From NCBI GenBank assembly GCA_951406725.2, contig OX597842.1, positions 26,040,001-26,104,000 on the forward strand: a stretch of 64,000 nucleotides of DNA, read 5' to 3'. Below the pieces are notes generated by a model. It saw only the letters and a list, made by a program, of their open reading frames with translations, was not told where the DNA came from and did not search any database. Of this stretch, positions 32,766 to 47,301 are shown one piece after another; positions within the stretch are counted from its first letter, which is position 1, and the number at the start of each line of letters is the position of its first letter. Both the position numbers and the translations under genes were made by a program. Source of the stretch: Octopus vulgaris. Its lineage: Eukaryota.

Positions 32766-33595
32766 TATATATATATATGTATGCATTCTTTTACTCATTT
32801 CAGTCATTTGACTGTGGCCATGCTGGACCACCGCCTTTAGTCAAACAAATCGACGCAGGACTTATTCTTTGTAAGACAAGTACTTATTCTATCGGTCTCT
32901 TTTGCCAAGCTGCTAAGTTACAGGGTGGTAATCACACCAACATCGGTCGACAAGTGATGGTGGGGGGACAAACATAGACACAAACACTCACACACACGTA
33001 CATATATATGATGGGCTTCTTTCAGTTTTCATCTATCAGACCCACTCACAAGGCTTTGGTTGGCCCAAGCCTATAGCAGAAGACATTTTGCCCAAGGTGC
33101 CAGGCAGTGGGACTGAACATGGAACCATGTGGCTGGGAAGCAAGCTACTTACGACACAGCCACGTATGTGAACAGGAAGAACACAACAAGAAGAAAAATT
33201 AAACAAGAACACAGCAAACAGAAAACTAGGTAAAAACCAGAAAGGAGAAACTGGACACACATACACACACACTCTCACAAACACATATATGACAAGAAAT
33301 CATTTTTGTCTCTTTTTATAGAAACAAAAAGATTTATAGGACTGCAAAAGAGAATCCTACACATTTTTTTCTCTCCATTGAATTGATAAAAGGTGGGTTT
33401 TTTTCTAATTTATATCATCATCATCATCATCATCATCGTTTAACGTCCGCTTTCCATGCTAGCATGGGTTGGACGGTTCAACTGGGGTCTGGGAAGCCCG
33501 AAGGCTGCACCAGGCCAGTCAGATCTGGCAGTGTTTCTACAGCTGGATGCCCTTCCTAACACCAGCCACTCCGAGAGTGTAGAACAGAAATGCCG

Positions 33596-33658
33596 TTCCC
33601 ATGCCGGGAATCGAACCTGGGTGAAAGCCAGGAATCCTAACCACTAGACCACATGGGA
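33596..33658 (-). pseudogene. tRNA-Glu(TTC) pseudogene with a 9-nt deletion
   Basis: tcccatgtggtctagtggttaggattcctggctttcacccagg^ttcgattcccggcatgggaa: acceptor, D and anticodon arms are present, but the variable loop and 5' T-stem are missing (63 nt against the usual 72). Confidence 0.88.
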
Positions 33659-33659
33659 T

Positions 33660-33712
<53 letters not shown>

Positions 33713-33831
33713 GGTAAGATAACAAAAGAAAGAAAGAGACCTCAATATTATGTAAATAGAGGAAATTTACATCGGCATCTGAAACTCAGAGTTTTATCTT
33801 GACTATCGAGTAATGTAACATATAATTGTAT

Positions 33832-33876
<45 letters not shown>

Positions 33877-33877
<1 letters not shown>

Positions 33878-34389
33878 AACAAGATGATTGAAAAATAATT
33901 CTCTATTTTAAAATACTAATAAATTATAAATTAATTGTAATTTTTACCAAAAAATGGATGAGAGGAAAGGTTGTAGTATGAGGTTTTATTTCAGTTTTGA
34001 TATGGGCTCCAGATGTTGACACCAGCTTCTTGAGTTGCCCAGGAATTGTGTCAACTGATTTCGCCAGGAACTCTTGTGGGATTGAAGAAGACATAACTTC
34101 TTGTATTCGCCCTTCAAGTTTTTTTTCAAAGTCTTTAGTTTGGCACAGTAGACTTGTTCCTATAACCAACCCCAAAGAAAGAAGTTACGGAGGTGTTAAG
34201 TCGGGACTCCTAACAGCCCACTTATGCGGACAATGATGACCCATCCGTCTCCTTGGGAAGTGGGCATTTAGCCATTACAGATTACTCTCTCATACTTCAG
34301 AAAATGAACACTAAAAACTGAGAAAAGAATTACAATTAATAAATAATTGATAAGTATTTAAAAATAGAGTTACTTTCCAATCACCCGTA
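33877..34389 (-). mobile_element. Deleted Tc1/mariner-superfamily element (Tc3/rosa-like)
   Basis: Imperfect TIRs (acaagatgattgaaaaataattctctatttt / aaaatagagttactttccaatcacccgta); minus-strand WAVRSPDLTP..NFFLWGWL..LEGRIQEV. Confidence 0.8.
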
Positions 34390-34391
34390 TA

Positions 34392-34791
34392 TCTCTTTAT
34401 ATATAAACGGCAGTTTGTCTGTCTGTGTGGCTGTCATGTTGTACCCTCACCCTAACCACGGCTTTCAACCGATTCTGATGAAACTTGACACACACATAGC
34501 CCAATGTCATAATTCAAAACTAACGCAGCGAAAATTTTGAAAAGCTCCCCCAGTTCTGAAAAAAATTGATAAATTCGACATGGGGGTCGAGAATCTAAGC
34601 TTTTTATATGCAACACATTTTCTGTTGGGAGACAGCTAGATACATAGATACATAGAAGTATTCGAGTGAAGAGTAGACATTGCAACCTACACATGCGCCT
34701 TCGTTCCCTAGAGGGAAAGAACTAGATTGGGATTAGTCGTTGCCTACTAGGGGCTCTTACATACCCGGGCAACGCAGGGCTATGCTGCTAG
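34392..34791 (+). mobile_element. Non-autonomous Helitron
   Basis: 5' TC, subterminal hairpin cccgggcaacgcaggg, 3' CTAG, A|T target; 5' half shared with the 35965 and 41413 copies. Confidence 0.85.
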
Positions 34792-35232
34792 TGTATATAT
34801 ATGTGTATACATATATGTGTGTGTGTATTCTTTTATTTGTTTCAATAATTTGACTGTGGCCATGCTGGAGCACCCCAGGACTTATTCTTTGTAAGACTAG
34901 TACTTATTCTATCTGTCTCTTTTGCTGAGCCACTGAGTTATGGGGATGTAAACACACCAACATCGATTGTCAATTAATGGTTGGGGGTACAAACACAGAC
35001 ACACAAACATATATACACACACACATATATATACATGATGGGCTTATTTCAATTAGTAGAAGACACTTGCCCAAGATGCCATGTAGTGGGACTGAACCCG
35101 GAACCATGTGGTTGGTAAGCAAGCTACTTACCACACAGCCACTCCTGCGATTATTTGTGGTTAAAAGTTGAAACAGAGTTAGTATTCTTGTTTGCATTCT
35201 GTTTAGACGTCCATTTGCTCTACGTCTGTAGA

Positions 35233-35820
35233 TACTTACTTGTACTTGTGACGGCGTTCACCCAGGGCGGGTTGAGCCAGCTTCTTCTCTGGTTCTGATG
35301 GCATCACGAACCATGGTGGCCCACGCTTGAGGGTCCTGTGCGAGGTCACTGGAGATAGCAAGCCATTCGCGGTTCCATCTGCGCAGACCGACCACCTGTG
35401 GACCTGAAAGTTCGGAGAGGTCCTCCTTTATCGTCGTTGCCCAGGTCTTTAGCTGCCTGCCCGTGCATTTGCGCCAGTTGGGAAGTGGCAGTGGGAGGAG
35501 GACATCACAAATCAGCTCACCCTGAAGTCCAACCCCTCCTCAAAGCAGTAGGGTGGTGTAAACGGGCAGTGTCAGAGCTATGCCATCGGGAACTTCAGTT
35601 CCTGGTAGGGCCACCCAAGGTAGATTGGTCTGGCACCGAGCGGTATTAGCACCGCAGCCTGGCCAACGGGGACCTGGTAAAAAATTCCAAGAGGTGTCTG
35701 GTCAGCAACCGGCGGCTTCGAGGTCATTCTGTCCCTGCGTCTGTGGAAACTCCGCAGCAAACAGTGCGTCCCGTCACTCAGGATATGCATGCGGGATGTC
35801 AGGGACCACTTGTGAATTCA
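35233..35820 (-). mobile_element. Internally deleted RTE element of a distinct (SR3-like) family
   Basis: LPNWRKCTGRQLKTWATTIKEDL..RRWNREWL..LAQDPQAWATMVRDA..RPG* followed by a caagtacaagtaagta tail. The upstream part has an RTE-5'UTR-like gggtggccctaccagga..ggcatagctct. Confidence 0.7.
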
Positions 35821-35884
35821 ATATTCCCACAAAACTTCTATGAATCCTACTGCTACCATGGCAATTAATAAGTATACAAATATG

Positions 35885-37039
35885 GGATCTTTTCCTTTTG
35901 AATGGCACATGTCAACACAATTTCTAGTTAACTAAACACTTTTAAACTTTGTATACTGGTAGAATCTCTCTATATATAAACGGCAGTTTGTCTGTGTGTG
36001 TTTCTGTGTGTCTGTTAGGTTGTACCCTCACCCTGACCACGGCTTTCAACCGATTCTAATGAAACTTGACACACACATAGCCCAATGTCATAATTCAAAA
36101 CTAACGCAGCGAAAATTTTGAAAAGTTCTCCCAGTTCTGAAAAAAATCGATAAATTCGACATGGGGTCGAGAATCAGAAACACAAACCACAGACTGTCTA
36201 GGGGACGCAACTCGACCTTTTTAACTAAAATTTACCATCATTTTTTTTTCCATTTTTTGGCTATAACTCTCTAAAAATGCTTTATAGTTATTTCCCTTAC
36301 AACCCCGAGCAACGCCGGGCGATACTGCTAGTGTGTTTATAAAGCATCTTTTTCTCTTGGCTTTATTGAGAAAATTCTATAGTTTGTAAGATATTTCCAC
36401 TTTAATTTCGAGCATTTTGGCAATTTTAACCAATCGCTCACCTCCATTTGGGGTGAAAAGATTCCGTGCTGTATGAATATGTCCCTCGTTTAAGAAACAG
36501 ATTGGGTTTATTTACATTTGCGAAGAAAAAAGATACCCTTTCCCCCACCCCTAAAACAGATTGAAATGCAATAGATCGATACTAGGGTTATAATTATGGG
36601 TGACAATTTCATACGACACCGCTATGGAAAATGGGATTTTTTTCTAGCGGTGTCAAATGAAAATGTCACCCATAATTATGGCCCTAGTATCGATCTATCG
36701 CATTTCAATCTATTTTAGATTTAGGGTTAGTTAGGGTTAGGGGTGGGGGAAAGGTATCTTTTTTTCTTCGCAAATGTAAATAAACCCAATCTGTTTCTTA
36801 AAGGAGGGACATAATCATAAAGCACAGAATGTTTTCACCCCAAATGGGGGTCAGCGATTGGTTAAAATTGCCGAAATGCTCAATTTTAAAGTGGAAATAT
36901 CTTACAAACTATAGAATTTTCTCAAGAAAGCCAAGAAAAAGTTATGCTTTATAAACACATTCTACCAGTATACGAAATTTAAAAGTGTTTAGTTAACTAG
37001 AAATTGTGTTGACATATGCCATTCAAAAGGAAAAGATCC
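35885..37039. mobile_element. Palindromic Merlin-like MITE (two halves joined) with a nested Helitron
   Basis: TIR ggatcttttccttttgaatggca; 8-bp TSD caaatatg at 35877-35884 and 37040-37047. Confidence 0.85.
35965..36331 (+). mobile_element. Non-autonomous Helitron nested in the MITE
   Basis: TC...cccgagcaacgccggg..CTAG. Removing it restores ctggtagaa|tgtgtttataaa as in sister MITEs (for example 48064); no TSD. Confidence 0.92.
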
Positions 37040-37781
37040 CAAATATGTTTGTGGATAAATTCAAAGGATTTTTATTCCCAATAATGGAGTCGAAAGAAAA
37101 TATATCAAAATGTGTTCAACGATCACATACCATTAGTGAAATATTGAGTGCTATTAAACTTCCATATTACTGCCCATGGGCACTTATTATAGGTAGGTGG
37201 TTAATTAATCCAAAATATAGTTTTGTAAAATAGAATTTTCCATTTAAAGCCCTGGGCGGATTTTCGGAAAACCCCAGTATACTATTTACTCATTTACTTG
37301 TTTCAGTCATTTGACTGCAGCCATGCTGGAGCACCGCCTTTAGTCAAACAAATCAACCCCAGAACTTATTCTTTGTAAGCTTAGTATTTATTCTATCGGT
37401 CTCTTTTGCTGAACCGCTAAGTTACAGGGACATAAACACACCAGCATCGGTTGTCAAGCGATGTTGAAGGGACAAACACAGACACATAAACATATACACA
37501 CACATACATATATATATATATATGATGGACTTCTTTCAGTTTCTGTCCACCAAATCCACTTACAAGGCTTACAGGTCCAGATATGGCATTGGAATGTTCT
37601 TAATTTACTGACACAGTCAGCCTGATTTCAAAATGGTATGATATGTTGGGCTATGGCCCCTATGAGTAAATTTGAAGATGTGTGACTCACTGATATTCAC
37701 ATTTATAGTATTAGATATGCATACATACACACACACATGAATATCCATACGTGTGTCTCTCTCTCTCTATATATATATGTA

Positions 37782-39131
37782 TCATCATTATCATCGTTTA
37801 ACGTCCGCTTTCCATGCTTGGCATGGGTTTGATGGTTTGACTGTGGGCTGGCGAACCAGATGGCTGCACCAGGCTCCAATCTTGATCTGGCAGAGTTTCT
37901 ACAGTTGGATGCCCTTCCTAACGCCAACCACTCTGAGAGTGTAGTGGGTGCTTTTTACGTGCCACCGGCATGGGGACTGGTCAGGCGGTGACCTGGCAGA
38001 AACATTAGCATGCCGGGCGAAATGCTTAGCGGTATTTCGTCTGCCGTTACGTTCTGAGTTCAAATTCCGCCGAGGTCAACTTTGCCTTTTATACTTTCGG
38101 GGTCGATAAATTAAGTACCAGTTACGCACTGGGGTCGATGGAATCGACTTAATCCGTTTGTCTGTCCTTGTTTGTTCCCTCTGTGTGTAGCCCGTGGGTA
38201 GTAAAGAAATAGGTACTGGCAACGACTTCGCTCGAATCCTTTTACACATGCCACCAGCACAGGTGCCAGTAAGGCGACTTTGGTAACGATCACGCTCGAA
38301 TGGTGCCCTTTTACATGCCACTGGCACAGATCACGCTCGGATGGTGCTCTTGGCACCCTACTAGCACGGAAACAAGTGACAGTAGGGCAATGCTGGTAAC
38401 GATCACGCTCGAATGGTGCCCTTTAAGTGCCACTGGCACGGAAGCTGCTCTGTCGATGATCACGCTCGTATGGTGCTCTTTGCATCATCATCATCATCGT
38501 TTTACGTCCGCTTTCCATGCTAGCATGGGTTGGATGATTCAACTGGGGTCTGGGAAGCCCGAAGGCTGCACCAGGCCAGTCAGATCTGGCGGTGTTTCTA
38601 CAGCTGGATGCCCTTCCTAACGCCAACCACTCCGTGAGTGTAGTGGGTGCTTTTTATGTGCCACCGACACAGGTGCTAGACAAGGCTGGCGAACGGCCAC
38701 GCTCGGATGGTGTTTATTACATGCCACCGGCACGGAGGCCAGGCGAGGCTGGTACGGCCACGATCAGATGGTGTTTGTTACATGTCACCAGCACGGAGGC
38801 CAGTCGATGCGGAGCTGGCTACGGCCACGTTTGGATGGTTCTCTTATGTGCCACCGGCACTGGTACCACAAACTACAAATTCCATTGATGTTGATCGATT
38901 TCGATTTGATTCTTTGATTTTCACTTGCCTTAACAGGTCTTCACATGTAGAGTTATATGTCCCAAGAAAGAAGGTATGAACAGGTGGACTGACTACATCC
39001 CAGGTAGGGGCCTCACTTGTCCTGCCGGGTCTTCTCACGCACAGCATACTTCCAATGATCTCGGTCTCTGGTCATTTCCTCGGTGAGACCTAAAGAGCGA
39101 AGGTCGTGTTTCACCACCTCGTCCCAGGTTT
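37782..39131 (-). mobile_element. Stacked RTE 3' fragments (37782-38480 with a family B SINE at 37993-38213; 38483-39131)
   Basis: Two (cat)n tails; ORF end [39 protein letters not shown]. Confidence 0.85.
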
Positions 39132-39481
39132 TCATATGTACATATATAAAGCACACAGCACAAACTGTAAATTGCTTAGCATTTGTAGAATACATCCAAA
39201 GAAACCGAACCGAATCAGACCAGAACCTGGTGCAGCATTATGGATTGGCACCTCATGTTACAGCTTATGCTAGCATATCAATGGAAACATCTATGAAGGA
39301 TGATGATGATAACGAAGACAACCAAGAAAACACAACATAAACAAAACCAATTTCAGTTCAATCTTTTATTCATGTCACACTGCGCCACATATGGCAGCAT
39401 ATTAAAAAAAATTCACAAAAAGAAGAAGAAAAAGACGATGACAAATTTCAATTTACCCTTTTATTCATTATTCCCATTTCT

Positions 39482-39879
39482 GGATCTTTTTGGTTTGAAC
39501 GGCAGTTTTTTCTAGCGGTGTCATATAAAATTGTCACCCATAATTATGACCCTAGTATCGATCTATTGCATTTCAATCTGTTTTAGGGTTAGGGGTGGGG
39601 GAAGGGTATCTTTTTTCTTCAGAAATGTAAATAAACCCAATCTGTTTCTTAAACGAGAGACATATTCATACAGCACAGAATGCTTTCACCTCAATAGATG
39701 TCATTGATTGGTTGAAATTGCAGAACAAAACAACAAATATCTTACAAACTATAGAATTTTCTCAATAAAGCCAAGAGAGAAAGATGTTTTATAAACACAT
39801 TCTACCAGTATACGAAGTTTAAAAGTGTTTAGTTACCTAGAAATTATGTTAAAAACTGCCGTTCAAACCGAAAAGATCC
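39482..39879. mobile_element. Merlin-like MITE downstream of ZNF-1
   Basis: TIR ggatctttt(t/c)ggtttgaacggcagtttt; 8-bp TSD ccatttct; empty site present in the paralog at ~45660. Confidence 0.9.
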
Positions 39880-40088
39880 CCATTTCTTTATTCTCTCATA
39901 AGATATTGCTAAAAAATCCAGCATGACCATCTTCAGAAATCAAAGTCTTTGCTGAATTTGATGTTGACTTTGATGAAATTGAAGTTGATACCATGAAATT
40001 TGAAGAGATAAAAAAAAATCCCTGTCTCTTTGCAGAAAAACTAGAAGTAATTTTAGGCATCTTGTAATAAATTTTAATACTTATACAG

Positions 40089-41912
<1,824 letters not shown>

Positions 41913-43134
41913 ATATCACAAAGATATTGTTTTTTTCTCTTTTCTATGAATATGTTTGTGTTCAGTTCAGTTAGTATTTTCAGGAAATAATTTAATGCTA
42001 TGTTTCTTTCAGCTGTGATCTTACTTAATATGTAAATTAGCAGGTGAAAACTGTCAGGTCCTTCGTAAAGTTACCCAAACTTGTAAAGCAATCACCTCCT
42101 CTACATTCCAGACAGTGAAGAAAAATATTTTGCTGTTGTTTGTCATAGATTATATCAATATAAAAAAGTTGATGTATTGATGAATGCTCCTTATAAATAT
42201 ATTGTCTTCCTTTAGTTGACGAAAGTCCATAAAAATATCAAAAGTCACATCTGAACGACAAGATTTCTTTTACGTCAACATGATCTGATATTCTGAAAGA
42301 GGAAAAGAAACAGTGAGATAAAGAGAATAGTTAAGTGACATAATAATTCAACATTGCAAATTTTACAACATCAATACTGTCATCCGTTTAATGTCAAGGT
42401 TCGCGAGGGTCGGAGTTCATTGAAGCGTTGAAAGATTGGCATACGTACACAACTTTTACTCTTTTACTTGTTTCAGACATTTGACTGTGACCATGCTGGA
42501 GCACCGCTTTACAATCAAGCAAATCGACCCAGGACTTATTGTTTGGAAGCCTAGTACTTATTCTATCAGTCGCTTTTACTGAACTGCTAAGTTACGGGGA
42601 CGTAAACACACCAGCATCGGTTGTCAAGCGATGTTGGGGTGACAAACACAGATACACAAACATACACACACACACACATATACAAACGGTTTCTTTCACT
42701 TTCCGTCTACGAAATCCACTCACAAGGCTTAGTTCGGCCCTACGCTTACTTTCCTCATACCTTTCAGGAAAATCCCTTTTTTTATATCTAAGACAAGCGA
42801 GCATATTTTCTCAATCTTTCTATGCATTTTCACAGATTGCAGTAACTTCGAAGGGTTCACAGAATTCCATTATTTACTGGCAGAATCATTAGCATACTGG
42901 ACAAAATACTTAACAGCATTTCGTCCGTCTTTACTCTAACACTTCAAAGTCCGCCGAGGTCGACTTTGCCTTTCGAGATCGATAAAATAAGAACAGTACT
43001 GGGGTCCATGGAATCGACTTACGCCCTTCTACCAAATTTCAGGACTTGTGCCTAAAGTACCAAAGATTATTATTATTTTTACTCACCCTGCAAAAAAATG
43101 AAAGACAGTGTCTATCTTGACAGTAGGTCTTGGG

Positions 43135-43536
43135 GGATCTTTTCGGTTTGAACGGCAGTTTTTTTCTAGCGGTGTCATATGAAATTGTCACCCATAATTA
43201 TGACCCTAGTATCGATCTATTGCATTTCAATCTGTTTTAGGGTTAGGGGTGAGGGGAAGGGTATCTTTTTTTCTTCAGAAATGTAAATAAACCCAATCTG
43301 TTTCTTAAACGAGGGACATATTCATACAGCACAGAATGTTTTCACCTCAATAGACTTCATTGATTGGTTGAAATTGCAGAAAAAAACAACAAATATCTTA
43401 CAAACTATAGAATTTTCTCAATAAAGCCAAGAGAAAAAGATGTTTTATAAACACATTCTACCAGTATACGAAGTTTAAAAGTGTTTAGTTACGTGGAAAA
43501 TATTTTTAAAAACTGCCGTTCAAACCGAAAGGATCC
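43135..43536. mobile_element. Merlin-like MITE (further copies 47991-48681, 49487-49882; fragment 53065-53315)
   Basis: Same TIR and body as 39482-39879. Confidence 0.85.
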
Positions 43537-44287
43537 CAGAGTCGATCTCGACAGTAAGTCTTGGGTTCAAATATAGCCGAGGTTCACTTTGCCGTTCATC
43601 CCTTTCAGGAAATTCTGGGGCCCGTGTCATCGACTCCCGCTCGCCCTGGGCCAAAATTTGAAACCACCATTACGATTATTAATATAACCTTAAAGCAAAT
43701 CTTCATTAACTTACCGTTTTATCAATGCCTCATTAACAACGGGACAGAATTAATTAATGTGGAATTCTTCAATCGGTTTCTTCTCATTTTACTCATTAAT
43801 TATGCCACATTACATTCATTTTTACCAACTAATTTACTTTATATCACATGTATCAGTCGGTCATAGTATTTTATAAACAACAGATCAACATTTCAGTTTG
43901 GAAATTATTAATTAAGACGAACAACTATATTTTCCTAATTATTGTCAGGTTCCCGCTTGGAAAAATAATTACTGTAACATCGAGAGGTTCACAGAATTCT
44001 ATTATTTACCTTATTATTAGTAGTATTATCAACACTATTACAGCCTGAAAGTAAATCTGTGTCAACTTACCGTATTCACAAATAAACAGCGACTCAGTGA
44101 TTGGTAATTAACCTCCCTAATTAGCTATTTTGGCCCCGTGGTTGATGTCTTGTAGAAGTTGTGTCCCTTGATATGATTGTATTTCATCAATTCTCCAACA
44201 GATAGCGCTACTGACTTCTTGGATTCGTTCTGGTGTTTTTTTTAGCTTTGTCCCTTTCTGTTAATAACTCCGTCTTCAAGTTTTTTT
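43189..44287. repeat. ~1.1-kb duplication unit (second copy 48339-49440) covering the first exon and intron start of ZNF-1 and ZNF-2
   Basis: Near-identical sequence at an offset of about 5.15 kb. Both copies contain the minus-strand donor gaatacg|gtaagt (44070 and 49211). Confidence 0.92.
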
Positions 44288-45342
44288 AGGGATTTTCATA
44301 GAGAAAAAGCACCTTTTTGATGTAAATAATTTTTGGTGTTAACATGGTCCGATTTGAATTTTTTCTTCTACGGAATGAAGAGCAAGCCTTCTTCTATCAT
44401 ACTCTCAAGTTTGGTCAACTTGTGCCACAGGATCTCAGAGGAGATGGTGTTAGTTGAAGGCTACCAAACCTGCCATACACAGACAACTTCAGCCTTATAT
44501 ATATATAGATAATTCTCATTTTTTTTTGTTTTTGCATCTCTCTTCCCTTGCCTACACACTCTAAGGCCACGAAGTTGGTCTGCTTGGTGGGAGGCGATTT
44601 AGTCTACTCTACTGCAGATCACACAACTTCGCCACCACAAACATAAATATCTTCATTGTTTAATTCCTGAGCAAATGTCAAGTTATCTATTTAATAGTTT
44701 CTCCCATTTTCCGTCGCCAACGGTCAAATAACTTTTCACCCATCACAAGAATTTCAGTACCAGAGGAACTGTTTTTACTGCCCAGCCACAATGTGTTAAA
44801 CAATTTTCTTTGTCTTCTTATCATTTGTACATTTATATCTGATCTGGCAGAGTTTCTACAGCTGGTTGGCGTTAGGAAGGGCATCCAGCTGTAGAAACTC
44901 TGCCAGATCAGATTGGAGTCTGGTTTGCCAGACCTCAGTCAAATCGTCCAACCCATGCTAGCATGGAAAGCGGACGTTAAATGATGATGATGATTTGGTA
45001 GATTAACGGTAATTCAAAATTTTCCATGACTGATGTGGTAGATTATGATGATAATACTTTTTAGATGGTTTAAATTACGATTATATACGAATTTGTTGTC
45101 ACAATTTTTTTCGGAGAATTTGGAGTCCAGAAGGATTTTGGGTAAATTTTGATATTTTCATAAAGACAAACAAAAAAACTCAGATTTTTTGCATTGATTC
45201 AAGTACCCTGACCTCGCAATGTGCTGCAAACTCCTTATTTTTGCTTGGAAAAAGTGTGGCGGACCCTCTTCCCCTCGGTGTCATTGGAAATATATATATT
45301 TATTCATAGGATGATGATGATATATATATATATATATATATA

Positions 45343-45377
<35 letters not shown>

Positions 45378-46362
45378 TATATATATACACATACACACAT
45401 ATATATGTGTGTGTGTGTGCATAGGCACACATATATTTGAAGCACACAGCATAAACTCTATTAGGAGAATACATCCAAAGAAACCCAAACAAATCAGACT
45501 GGAACCTAGTGCAGCATCATGGTTTTCCAGCTCATGTCACACTGTGCCACCCATGCCAGTAAAGGAAAAAAAATTTCACCAAAGGATGATGATGATAACA
45601 GCGACAATGATGAAAACACATAGACAAAATCAACTTCAGTGTAACCTTTTATTCATTATTCCCATTTCTTTATTCTCTCAAAGCAAATTGCTCAAAAATC
45701 CAGAGTAATCATCTTCAGAAATCAAAGACATTATTGATATACTTCCATATATATACATAACATTCATGCATTTCATGTTGACATTATTGAAATTGAAGTT
45801 AATAACATCATATTTGAAGAGATAAAAATACCCCTGTCTTTCAGCAGGAAAACATAGCCATAATTGTTGTAACAAAGATTAATACTGAATGGTTGCACTT
45901 TTGTGTGAATACTCACATGTGTACATAAATGGCGTTTTTGAGAGAAAGATTGACCATAGATATCACAGTGATATTGTTTTTCCCCAGTATGAATATGCTT
46001 ATAATTAGTCAAGTCACCATTGTATGAGAATGATTTACCACAGATATCACAATGATATGGTTTCTATCCTGCACTGGTGTTTAGTTAGGACACCACTTTC
46101 AGAGAATGATTTACCACAGATATCACAATGATATGGTTTTTCCCCTGTATGAGTGCGTTTATGATCAGACAATTGGCCACTACGAGAGAATGATTTACCA
46201 CAGATATCACAATGATATGGCTTCTCTCCTGTATGAACACGTTTGTGAATAATTAAATGGCTATTTTCAGCAAATGATTTGCCACAGATATCACACTGAT
46301 ATGGCTTTTCCCCACTATAAATACGTTTAAGTTTAGTCAATTCACTATAACAAGAAAATAAT

Positions 46363-47301
46363 TTACCAGTCATCACAATGATATGGCTTCTCTCCTGTAT
46401 GAATACGCTTGTGTCGAGTCAAATCACCTTTTACAGTGAATGATTTACCACAGATATCACAATGATATGGCTTCTCTCCTGTATGAACACGTTTATGGAC
46501 AGTCAAGTTACCATTACGTGAGAATGATTTACCACAGATATCACAATGAAATGGCCTCTCTCCTGTATGAATGCGTTTGTGATTAGTTAAAGTGCCATTT
46601 TCAGAGAATGATTTACCACAGATATCACAATGATGAGGTTTCTCTCCTGTATGAATGCGTTTATGATTAGACAAGTGGCTACTACGAGAGAATGATTTAC
46701 CACAGATATCACAATGATATGGTTTCTCTCCTGTGTGAACGCGCCGGTGTTTAGTTAAGTCATAACTTTGAGAGAATGTTTTACCACAGATATCACAATG
46801 ATGTGGCTTTTCTCCTGTGTGAAGACGTTTATGTCGAGTTAAAATGCTCTTTAGAGAAAATGATTCACCACAGATATCACAATGAAATGGCCTCTCTCCT
46901 GTATGAATGCGTTTGTGATTAGTTAAACTGCCATTTTCAGAGAATGATTTACCACAGATATCACAATGATGAGGTTTCTCTCTTGTATGAATGCGTTTAT
47001 GATTAGACAAGTGGCCACTACAAGAGAATGACTTACCACAGATATCACAATGATGAGGTTTCTCTCCAGTGTGAACGCTCCGGTGTTTAGTTAAGCCATT
47101 ACTTTGAGAGAATGTTTTACCACAGATACCACAATGATGTGGCTTCTCTCCTGTATGAACACGTTTATGGACAGTCAAGTGACTCCTTCGAGAGAATGTA
47201 TTTCCACAGACATCACAGAAATATGGTTTCTCTCTTGTATCAGGGTTTTTAGGTTCAGTTAAATTATTCATTATGACAGGATAATTTGTCATATATATCA
47301 C
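46363..47301 (-). CDS. C2H2 zinc-finger gene ZNF-2: ORF with 10 intact fingers; further fingers continue out of frame to ~45890
   Basis: Ten CxxC-x12-HxxxH units with TGEKP/TREKP linkers; frameshift at ~46370 (HCDDW*); deletion at ~46070; acceptor 47661-47663. It is either a truncated gene or a pseudogene. Confidence 0.75.
   Translation of the reverse strand: MIYMTNYPVIMNNLTEPKNPDTREKPYFCDVCGNTFSRRSHLTVHKRVHTGEKPHHCGICGKTFSQSNGLTKHRSVHTGEKPHHCDICGKSFSCSGHLSNHKRIHTREKPHHCDICGKSFSENGSLTNHKRIHTGERPFHCDICGESFSLKSILTRHKRLHTGEKPHHCDICGKTFSQSYDLTKHRRVHTGEKPYHCDICGKSFSRSSHLSNHKRIHTGEKPHHCDICGKSFSENGTLTNHKRIHTGERPFHCDICGKSFSRNGNLTVHKRVHTGEKPYHCDICGKSFTVKGDLTRHKRIHTGEKPYHCDDW

Noticed and set aside
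36715-36745. ttaggg hexamers as interstitial telomere
   Set aside because: Only 2-3 copies, and they are an internal part of the MITE family.
42270-42281. Three-codon uORF ATG-TTG-(ACG/GTG)-stop at the start of exon 2 in all three ZNF genes
   Set aside because: Explained by recent paralogy; there is no evidence of selection.
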